64,000 nucleotides of DNA from Dudresnaya verticillata. Its lineage: Eukaryota. The position numbers were made by a program, and so were the translations under genes. Positions within the stretch are counted from its first letter, which is position 1. Each line of letters starts with the position of its first letter. Positions 40,456-50,916 of this stretch are shown in pieces. The stretch covers positions 806,001-870,000 of the forward strand of contig OZ374559.1 in the NCBI GenBank assembly GCA_977862235.1, read 5' to 3'. The notes beneath the pieces are model-generated. The model was given only the letters and a program-made list of their open reading frames with translations, was not told the origin of the DNA and did no database searches.

Positions 40456-40498
<43 letters not shown>
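40456..40498. repeat. (GA)n microsatellite
   Basis: About 21 AG units with one interruption. Confidence 0.95.
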
Positions 40499-42190
40499 AT
40501 GTACCCAACAAGAGGCCGAGTCGGTGGGTTTTGTCGCCGCAAGTGAAGGTCTGTTTGCAAAACACGGGAAGGGCAATTTGCTATTGCCAATAACCGTAGC
40601 ACAAAATCGAGAGCAGCAGACCTCGGACTTCGTACTAGCTATGGCTATGGGTACTCGTAGAGACATGAGCGCACGGCAAGGTAGAATCTTGGTACTCATG
40701 TAAGGGAACAAAGCGACCGGAGCAAGCCAGAACAGGAGCCACAATAGGCGTTGCCAGGGAAGATCGTGGTGAATGCTGCCCGTCCAAGACAGACGATAGA
40801 AACCCAAGTGTCAGGCAAGATACGGGTACCACGTCGTGAATCAGGGAACGTAGAAAATGTTTAAGGAGGCTCAAGGCTGCTTCAGGAAATCAAAGGCCTT
40901 ACGCAGCCGTTCAACACGAGATGAGTTGCGTCCTGCTGAACACAGAACATGATGTGCGGTGTTCCGCACGGCAACTCAGAACAGTATTGCTGCGCAATGC
41001 AAGGCGCATTCCCACACAACGTGTAGTACCAAAAGGATGCCCTGTCCTGAGTTCATGGTGGTTCTGCTTCCATTGTTGAGCCTCCTTTCGATCCAGCTCC
41101 ACTCTATTAGATGGCAACCGCAAAACAGGATTACAGCACAATACTCTAATCCGTATCATGAGATTGTATCGTGAATGTAGCCGGCTTAGAGCACGTGGCA
41201 GTTGCTGAACAGTTGCCACAGTGTGCCAACCTACACAACCGTAGAGCGCTAGAGCAAACGTTCGAAGACGAGCCAAACAAGCGACATGCATCCGGTCTCA
41301 CTACGGACAAATTTAAATTGCCTTGTCTCGAGTCAGCTACTGCTAGTTTCAGTTTTACTGGCTTCTCGAACGCCTTTGGAGCCCGTGTTCTCAACGTACG
41401 GAGGAGAATGGGCTCATGCTTTGAGCAAGTCACCCATCTCTGAGATAATGTCTTCTTGAAACGCAACCTTGGCACTTTGTAATGAATGTTGTAAACCTAA
41501 AGGGAAGGGAGATGAACGGTTCACAGCTGCAGATACTGAATCCTAGCGCATTACTCAGAGTTTGAGCCGGAGAACACTGTAGTTACAACATATATGCGTA
41601 AATGTCCCCATCTCATCTCTGTAGTTACAACACCAACTTCAATTTGGGTACCCCAACGGAAGAAAGTAGGGGGCTCTTTATACCCTCTCACGTTAGTTTC
41701 CATCAACTTCCAAGACAATCTTGAAGATTCTTTCCCGCCAAGTAAATTGTTAACGTTTGTAGTTGTTCACTTATCACCTCCCACAATAAGAAGAATGGAC
41801 TATACGGCTTCTGAAAGAACGAGCTTTCTAAAGCCTCTTCGGCGAATGCCATGTGTGGAGGAAAATACACCGATGTGTCGAAGGTACCGAAATCTAAAGA
41901 ACGTGTCACAACACACCATTCAATGGTACTCATGACCTTGCACGGCACTAGTTCGCTGCATTTGTAACATGTGGCGGAAATGGAACAGAATGCAATAAAC
42001 ACTCAGCTAAGAAGGAATGTGCCGGAACAGAATATTAAGGTTCCGCTTCACTATATAAATCTCCAGCTACCATCGGCACAAGTGGGGAAGAGAATCCACA
42101 AGCAATTTCCAAGATCTGAACAAGAACAACAACTAAAGAACGCAGCAAGCCCTAACCTCAGTTTTCAGAAGTTATCGACCGGTACCCAAA

Positions 42191-42597
42191 ATGTATTTCC
42201 GTCTTGCAATTCTTGTCGCCCTCCTCTTGGCTCCTTTCTCATCTGCTATTAAGTGTCCCGGGAACGGAATTTGCCTGCCTCGTCACCTCTGCTATGCTCA
42301 AGGTCGTCGTCCGCTGCACGGGAACTACTGTGGAGGTCAAGCTGGGTTGAATGCTGCCCGGGCTACAGGCCTCGAAGATGTTACTATCGAATTCTTCACT
42401 ACCACATCCCAGGAGTTTGCCAACCGTCGGCCACATGCAGAGGGAGTGGCAGATTCTCCGCATCCTCTCCCAGTTGCAGTGGGATAAATCAGTGCTGTGT
42501 CGGATCTTCATTGTTGCAACCAACACCACCGCCCACGAGGCCTCCAACTATCAGTCCCGTTGCTATTCATTTTCTGGGTGACCCGTTGTCAGAATGA
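42191..42597 (+). pseudogene. Type B defensin-like copy with a 1-bp deletion frameshift (or a sequencing error)
   Basis: GCTGGGTTG at 42341 versus GCTGGGGTTG in all other copies. The remainder of the protein is in ORF 42253..42597. Confidence 0.75.
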
Positions 42598-43275
42598 GTG
42601 ATACCCGTGCAAGAGGCGCAAGAGGCGCAAGAGGCGCAAGAGTAACAACCTTCAAATTGCAGGTAGAACAATGAGTTGATGAAGTTTGTCTTCAGCTCGC
42701 AATCTAGGCAGTCCATCGATAATTATTCCTCAGAATTGGTGTGGTGCTTACCACCACAATTATGAGGAATAAGCCATGGTAAGAAGTCATTTGGATTACA
42801 TCTCTGTTGGGTCGTAAACTTTGGTTGCTTTTTGGAGGTTAGTCATGCGACAGGTAGTGTTGAACATTAAGAAATGTTTTGTGCGCATGAGAAACTGGTT
42901 TCTATGAGCTAGCGCTTTGCGACCTTAGGATACCAGGTTACGCGACATATTAAGACGGAGGCACCGTGACTCACGCTTGACTCACGGTCCGTGAGTGGTA
43001 TCTTTCGAATGCGAAATCTGATCCATTTATCGAGTATAGCGAGGCTTGTTTCCTGTGATTCTTTGGTTCCAAGACGATAACAACTCTGTACATTGTGAAA
43101 CACCAGTTGCTCGTGTAGCGCCACATTAAACAACGAGAAGAAAGCTTCTTTGTAACAGACTTTGCTGTGTGTTGACCACAAAGTACAGAGTTGTTATGGT
43201 CTTTGAACTTTTTGAACCAAAGTATCACGGGAAACAAGCCTTGCTATAGTCGGGAAAATGCATGAAAACGTGAAC

Positions 43276-43339
43276 ATCATCATCATCATCACAACTTTAT
43301 TGAAGCAAGACGAACAGCGGAAACCCCTAATGACTTAGC
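43276..43339 (-). mobile_element. 64-bp 5'-truncated non-LTR retroposon end with 7-bp TSD
   Basis: CGTGAAC at 43269-43275 and 43340-43346. (ATC)n tail plus TTTATT. The paralogous site near 35712 is empty. Confidence 0.8.
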
Positions 43340-46300
43340 CGTGAACCGACCCGAAGAATGCCGTGCCAATTGTGCAAAGGCGGAATGGAAGCGGGATACA
43401 AATTGTGGTGCAGTACATCGGCGTTAGAAGGGCACCAGAAGGAAGCTCACGTCAGAAAAATGGAGGGGAAGTAGCTGTTCTTTTTCTGCTCCGATAGCAA
43501 CATAAGCTTTGGCCTCTCCCTAACTTCTCACCGTCTTAATCTCAACCCAATGGAACTGGGTTAGATGGCAGCAGAGATAGTAAGAGGAGGGGTGGCTATT
43601 GAGTATTTATCCTGTTGTGGTTTGGCTGTTGATGAGCTAAGTTGTGCAGTGATGCTGTACTATTCATTTTCTTTTACGTGGTCCTGCGCGTGAACTACGG
43701 CCTCATGTGCAGGTATTGTATGGTTCTACTGCAACAAAAAAATCAGCAATTGCTTTTGACATAGGAAGAGGATGAGATGTGGAAGCGAGCTCAGTGGATG
43801 GTGTTAATACTTTAAGATTCCAGAAATACCATATAAGAAATACCTTATATTTCCAGACGTTGTCAATTGAGAAAGCCCTTCAAACAGTTCTTTCACGGAT
43901 ATCTCTATTTTTCAGAAGAGGTAGAACAATGACCAACGCCCAATACAACTTTACTTGAAACTTGAAAAGTAAAAGAATGGAGGGGCAAACGAGAACATAA
44001 CCTTGTAGGATATGGATCGGCACTAATAAAGTTTCGAGTGTTTCATAAAATGAGAAAATCTAATTCTAGCCAACAGATACAGGTTCAATTTTTCGGATCC
44101 TTTGGATGATTCTTGGTATCCTTAAATGCAACGTACAGCACATATTGATAAACCAAAAAGAAACTGCATGAAGCAATGAGTCAAATCTATTTTACACTAC
44201 CCAATAATTCAGTATTTAAGAACAGCCCCAATCTCTTGTGGTCCGAACGTTGATATATGCAGTTTCTCTCCGCAGTGGCACTTGAACAATAGTTAGGATT
44301 GAGTTGCTCTTCCAAGAAAGAGAACTTCAATGACATGAGCAGAAGCTTATGCCGAAGAAGCAGAGAGTTATGAGCGCCTGCCGACCGGCGCTTGATTGGC
44401 ATGCGTGTTGTGGGGACGGGGACGGGCAGCTTTCGAGAACTGGGGCACGAAGAATTCTTTTGGCACCGGGGGGCTTGGCGTGTCTGCTGGGAGCGCATGT
44501 GATGGGTGAAAGCGGAAGGAGACAAGGCCGCACCAGTACAATTTAATGCTTGCAGCGTGAGTTTACGCTTTCGTTGTTATGCGCGAATAAGTAGGGTTCG
44601 AACGGCGCTAGCCCTTCGAACCGTACCATAAAGTTGCCCATCTCTCTCTCTTTGCATTAGTCTCAAGTGAAGTTACGGGGCTGCACTGCTGCCGCAGTGT
44701 CGCAGGGTCGGCCAATCAAATGCGACGATCCGCACTCGCACTGGCAATCAAGTGCCTCCCAAATACGGAAGGGGCTACACAGCTCGTGACCACGCAGTTG
44801 TTATGTCAATCTCTCTATCTACGGGGCTCAACTTAAGTTCGGCGGGGGACTGATGCTGTCTCCGATAGTCGGAGAAACTGTAGGAAGTATGAACGATCAT
44901 TGTACGTATGTGTGAACGGAATGCAGCGACGAGCGAATGCAAAAGCTTCGAGACTTTAACATGCCGTGGTTTTACCCACGACCGTCAAGTAGAACGTCGC
45001 GAGGGCAGGAGCACAAACTGAGAGGTCGGCGATTAAGCCCCTTCTCTCTCTATCGCTGTGCAGCTGCTCCGAGACTCCAGGAGACCCCCAACCAAATGGG
45101 CAATGTATGGACCAGATCTTGTCCCCTTTCAAATTGCGTTTGTCTGGTTGTGCTTATTTGTGTGGATGTGAGTATGCTTGCTTGTATTGATATTTTTACA
45201 GCTGACTTGAGCGACGTATGTGGAATCAGAAATAGCTTGTAAAGTATGCTGTGAGTAATCTGGGGAGTGCATGTACTGTCGAACAGTAGTGAGGAACATT
45301 GCATCATGAATGGGCAGATCAGCCATCTTCTGGCAAAAGGGTAGTGGCTTCAATTCAACAAAGAGTTTGTAAGCTCTGAGTTGTACCAGGTTGCTTTCGT
45401 CGCGGTGACGTTTCGTATTTCGACCCGCTAAGCAAGTGGAGTCTGCGACATAGCTACTGGTGTCGGAGGTGCCCAAGATATGATGAGAGGCGAATGCTTG
45501 CCTCCTTGCGTAGATTAAAATAAAGGTTGTGCTTGCCTTCTTGTGATGAATGTATCGATATCGGTTACTGCTACTGACTGCACTACCGATAATCGTACGA
45601 GCAAGGGCGCAGACCGTTCGAGCTGCCCCTGAACCAGCCGAGGAGATGCTGGTGAGGCATGAAACGTTGTGTGGCTCTCCACCTGTCAACAGAGTGGACA
45701 AGCACCTTCTGCAAAGCCCATTCTGTACTGTAAGGCCCGACCGAGGGCGCTGCGAGTTCCATCTTCGTAGCGGCTGGATGGACCTTGGCACTCACCGGCC
45801 CCGGCCCCGGCCCTGTCCACTCAGTTCCGTCTTCACTCCTGTCCTCCAACTCACCAATCTGCAAAACCGCATGCTTCGGTGATCGTCCGTGACGGAGTGA
45901 CATAGAGGTGAGTGTGTAGCCACGAAGTTCCCCTATGCACAACCCCAACAGTAGATTAAGACATTGCCTAGATTCATAGTATCAAGGACAAATATGGGCC
46001 CTAGTTGCCCGCGCAGGACCACTCTAAACAAACAATAGTAAGCAATACCACAACTATTTCAACGGATCGTGGGCCCGATGGAAGTAGCACAGAGTAGCAC
46101 CAATTCACAGCGAACGTTGACGAAGGAAAACCGTTGCACCCTTGGAGGGACATCCTTATCGGGCCTGCGAGATGAGAAAAGCGAAGCGTGGCCCAACATA
46201 CCACGGGCAAATCGGTATCATCCAGCACGAACTAAGCGGACCGTTCAGTTCCGGTGCCATAGCCCCCACAAGAAATTTCGTCTTGTTCGCTGAATGGCAA

Positions 46301-46435
46301 GGGCTGCAACAGGTTGAACAAGGCATCATCATTGCGTGGGTGCGGTCGATTTCTGCTCCACCCTAACTTTCACTATCCAAAGAACGACAATCCCCGCGGA
46401 ACCTCTTGCTGCAAGGTGAGCGATTTAGCAACAAT

Positions 46436-47595
46436 ATGAAGCAGTTCATGTTGGGTGTGTTGTTCACTCTCTTCCTCCTCTCCGTGGCAGATGGCCACTC
46501 AACAATGACGCAGCCGCAGTCGACCTCTCCCTTCGTAAGTTCCACGCCTGCGCAGACTTTCAAACATTCGTCCCGTCTATTCCTTCGCTGACGAGCTCCA
46601 AACAACAAAAGTACTGCTCTGCGGAAGAGGAAGGATTTTGCTCCGGTCCATGCGATCTGAGAGCTGTGGAGGACGAAGAAATTCCAATCCCACACGATGG
46701 TCCGAACAGTCCGGCTGCCACGTACGGCAGGGGTGAGACGTTCCGCGTCAAGTACGTTCGCAATAACCATCGTGCCGGTGGCTTTCTCCGACTCGCCATT
46801 GTGAGACCCGAAGACATCATGGACAAAGGTGCCCACAATCGTGGTGCATTCCATTATAGCTGCTGGGGTGCTAAGGTAAAGGTAGCGAATGAGGAAGACA
46901 AAGAAGAAGATGAACTTGGATTCATTACGATGTAAGTTCCGCCTCGACAGTACTTCTTGCTGTTGCCAGAACCGGTACCCGTTTAGTCCCGAGGTAGGGA
47001 AAGCTGGATAACTGACGTTCAAGTTTTTCTCCTTACTCTCTTATTGCGTTGCATGTAGTGGTAATGATGGCGAAGAGCATGACCTGCCACCTGCATACTA
47101 CTCTGTCGATGTAAAAATACCTCGCGTTGTTCCAGACGGTGTACGTCATCACTTAATCCGAATATGCAAACTTCATCATGCAACACAAAAATATTCTAAC
47201 ACTCTCCAGAACCATGCAATTTCTCACACCCGCATTGCGTGCGGCCTACGACGAAACAGAACTACGTATTGGGTTACGTATGGTACGGCGGTACGGCCGG
47301 TCCCGTCACGCGCAACATCCCGCAGCAACCGTTCAAGTATGGTCAGAGCTCAGATTACTGGTCGTGCTCATATATCCGTGTCAAGGGCGGAAAGTCGCTC
47401 AAGAAATCGTACCGACCGCGGTTCAGAAATGATATGACGCAGTTCTCGAAGAAGGGCTGCAGGTCTATTAACAATGCGCCAGATGTGTGTCCAGGCGTGC
47501 CTTGTGATACAGAAGAATCTTTCTATAGAGTTCCCGGACCTTTCGAAGATGGTAAGAAGCCTAAGAAGCTTCGGCAATCCCAGTTCCGAGGTTGA
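46436..47595 (+). CDS. Secreted histidine-brace / LPMO-like protein, 278 aa; exons 46436-46534, 46612-46931, 47059-47140, 47260-47595
   Basis: Three GT-AG introns join in frame (837 nt). Signal peptide MKQFMLGVLFTLFLLSVADG is followed by HSTMTQP. Motifs RNNHRAGGFLR, VKIPRVVPDGNYVLGYVWYGG, DYWSCSYIRVKGG. Confidence 0.8.
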
Positions 47596-47999
47596 TGTAT
47601 AGTGTTTGTCTTTGGAGATGTTAGTAGTTTAGTTTGACATGTTCTGTTGCTGTTCTTTGGCACAACAGTGAAGAGGTTTATATTTGGAATCGGGAGCTGC
47701 ACATTATTGACGGAATGCAACTACCCTTGCGAGTTTCACGTAGCGCGGAAAGTGCCTTTTACTCACAAGCGATTGTGCAATGTGTGATCATTTCAATAAT
47801 GAAAAGTTGAGTAGCATGATGAACATAACAAGCAAACGAATAAATAATGGTGATAGTTCCCACGAGATGAGGAACATTTTGGACCTCTTATAAGCTCTAT
47901 CTCTACCCTAGCCGCATCAGAGCATGAGTAGATACCCCAGCAGACAACTGCATAGCGGCGATATCCGCCAGGATTAATGCAGACGAGACTAACTCCCCA

Positions 48000-48450
48000 T
48001 GGATCCCTTGGCCGATGACCACGGGTTATCTCCATCCATCCAGGTCTTGGATGCCTCTATCAAAAGCTCCAGTTCCGTTCTTCATCGTTACGCTGTCTCC
48101 AGAGTTGCTCATCCAGCGACCATCAGCGACGAAATGTCGGGGAGAAAAACGATTTCAAACAGTATTGCCGTTCATGGTTACTTTCAATCATCATCGAAGC
48201 AAGTATTGCTAACGTGAAAACAATGCTCTCGAGTTACATCCATTGATAATAAGAGCTTCCAGTAACACCTTGTTTGTAGCAGCCTTGGCATGGTTCCTCA
48301 TCCCATGATTATTGAATGAACTTTCGTGTGGGCTCAGACTTTGAACAAGGCGTTCTGTTCCAAGGATTTCTTTGATGATAGTTTCAAATTTTGTTATCGT
48401 CAGTCGTGGAACCTCTCCAACCTCTGAGAAGCTCATTATCCCGACTGGTC
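48000..48450 (-). mobile_element. Possible highly decayed DNA-transposase fragment (piggyBac-like)
   Basis: Stop-riddled frames give ...CFDDD*K, HFVADG and FDRG in order. Weak resemblance only. Confidence 0.2.
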
Positions 48451-48739
48451 TTGTCTCTACTATTCTACAGTGATTGGTGCTTAGCATGAATCGCTGAAAG
48501 CTCTAGCCGGTGCTTAGGATTCCTACATAGTTCCTAGCCTCATAGGATTTCTGATCAATGGCTTGTAATGGTCTCTCTCTCTATTCTTCTTTCCATATTC
48601 CGCCACTCGTGCTCTTGACAGAAAAGGGTAATATGGCATTAGCTCAGAATATAACTCTTAATGGTGATGATTTAAGTGCTATTGAATGAGAAACTACTAA
48701 GCCACGGGGAAGCAGCTATACGAAAATCCTTTAACCAAA

Positions 48740-49150
48740 TCCCTACCAGTACTGCTTCTTCCCGGTTGGCAAGGGGCGCACGTAGCAGACCCTGCAGCCG
48801 AAGAAAACGTCCCTGCCACGCACTCATGACAAATCTTAGAGACACTCCTCTTACTGGAGCTTCCCGCAGGGCACTTCTCGCAAAGCTCGTCGTAGTACAA
48901 CTCATCCACCAATTGTGTGAAACCACTTGTAAAGAATCCAGGGTACCTCTCTCGACATCCCACCGAGCAGCATAGGCTCTGCGACGATCGAACTGCTGGT
49001 CTGCTTGAAGACATATCTGGGCACGGCAAGCATTTTCCACAAGACCGCCAGCGGTTACCTTCTCCACTCTGCAACAGATACACTTTCGCGAACTCGGCGA
49101 GAATCGGAACGCCACGCTCAATTCCCTGCAAGTTCCGTCACCAATTGCGT
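48740..49150 (-). pseudogene. Fragment of a Cys-rich GCC2/GCC3 (ephrin-receptor-like) repeat protein
   Basis: CEKCPAGSSS...CHECVAGTFSSAAGSATCAPCQPGRSS in ORF 48697..49131. No signal peptide or credible ends. Confidence 0.6.
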
Positions 49151-49188
49151 GCAGAAGCTCGCAGTTATGAATTACACATTTTGATGTT

Positions 49189-50028
49189 CTTTGCGAGGAA
49201 AGATGGCATTGTCGACAAAAGCAGTTGCCACTTAAACGACGCGGAGACTCCAAGCTCTTCCGACAGCGCCGGATCGCTGAAGGCGCACACGCCATTGCGC
49301 ACATGCGTGCCTTCTGGGAGCTCGGCGTTAGGCCGCCGAAGCGGTTCAGCGATGTACCTGATACCATAAAATTGGTTCCGGAGAAGCAAGGGGCATTCTA
49401 AAACAAGCCATGTCGCTGCTGGAAGGAGAAGAGGGAAGTTTGTTCACTGTTGCCGTAGATTCTGGTTCCCGGCGGCTTTGTGCCTGCCGCCATGAATTTA
49501 CTTGAAGTACCACTGCAGTTAAATATAGGAACTTTGAATGGGGTGTAAACTCTGCGTTGTGCTCCTCCGCGTTGTTGTGAAAACTGTACTCTGCCCCTTC
49601 CCTCTCCTGCGTTTGCTGAGAGAGGAGCAGCTTTTTTGTCATGTTTGTTCCTTCTGCCAGCTCCAGAAAGATGGAGCTAGACACATAACACTCATCTTCA
49701 TTCGTTCTGCCAGCTCCAGTACGTTGGAGCTGGACACAGAACAGCCATCCTCATTCCTCCTGCCAGCTCCAGAACGTTGGAGCTAGGCACAGAACAGCCA
49801 TCCTAATTCCTCCTGCAAGCTCCAGAACGTTGGGGCTAGACATGGAATAGATAACGTAATACTCTAACGGCATACCGTACTGTGCCACACGAACAAATCT
49901 GAACAGTACTACAAAAACATATATCCCCCGTCCGAGCTTGAAGAACAAGTCCGTGCTGACGACTTAAAGTTGTCGCTAGTCTATATCTCTCTACAGGGGG
50001 AGTGAATAAAATAGAGTTGGGCAGCAAG
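49189..50028 (+). pseudogene. Partial duplicate of the 3' end and 3' flank of the Bfr1-like gene (52257-52637), split by a solo LTR
   Basis: CTTTGCGAGGAAAGATGGCATTGTCGAC... aligns with 52257 onward. Homology resumes at 49996 (GGGGGAGTGAATAAA...GTTGGGCAGCAAGC). Confidence 0.88.
49544..49995. mobile_element. Solo LTR (452 bp) related to the Gypsy LTR at 24980, with 53-bp internal tandem repeats (49652-49843)
   Basis: Ends TGTAAACTC...CTCTCTACA, same as the Gypsy LTR. Inserted in a G-run (GGGG/GGGGG flanks). The uninterrupted site is visible at 52601-52616. Confidence 0.88.
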
Positions 50029-50916
50029 CATAGACTCATCTTGAGCTGCGTGTTTTCCAGCCGCGTTGGGAATAAAGCAAAGACGATTATCGTAACCGGG
50101 ACAAGGAGTACCCTTCGCACACAAGCCACATCGCTGCTACTCAGTACAGGCCTGCTGTAACACGCTGCCTGGCATGAATTGGAGACCATAAATATCCCCC
50201 TTTACGACATTTCTACTCGCGGCTGTGAATCTGAAACGGGAAAAGGAATGCACGGCCAGTTCAGACAAAAAGCTGTGCATAACTACGAGATCTCCCTTCC
50301 CTATCCTCTTCAGTCAGACCGCAGTAGTTGCGTATTGCCGCAAACGCATGGCGATGCATTATGGTTTCGAGATTATGTTAATAGAGATAGTCTCTTTGCG
50401 CAGAGCGCCCCGAAATGCCTTGCACTTGAATAAACGGAATGAACGCGAAGCTGTTTCTATGCCATTGTGCCTGGGGTATATAGTGTGGCGAGGTTGGATT
50501 TGTTTCATCTGACTTTGGGCGGGAAGGAGCACTCTGGCCCTTCTGGCCGACCATCGCCGATCGATGTTGGGCGCTACTCCACTGCTACTGCACTGCAGCA
50601 GACTATTAAAGATGCAACAACATGCTCATCAGGCAACCTACAACCTGCTACGCCCTGCAGCCAAGAACTGAGAACCGAACCCTGTCCTGCAACCCTCCCA
50701 CCCTCCCACTCTCAATCCTACCTACCTGCCCTCCCCTTCCCTTCCCTCACCTCCCCTAGCCGAGCCCATCTTGAAATCAGCGGGAATCCTTTCGTTGTGA
50801 GCAGCCGCTTGTTTCGAGAGACGAAAAGACAAGGATGATGGCTAGCAATTCCTTGAAGCCGAGTCAAACAAGAGAGGGGAGACAGATTCAACCTTAAGCC
50901 AAGCCGCTCATCCAAA

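Larger units (their letters stand above)
40660..43760. repeat. Segmental duplication, copy 2 (type B unit)
   Basis: Matches 33103 onward from GAGACATGAG. Confidence 0.93.

Noticed and set aside
49652..49843. Palindromic repeats resembling a CRISPR array
   Set aside because: The intervening sequences are homologous rather than unique spacers, the repeats lie inside an LTR, the context is eukaryotic and no cas genes are present.
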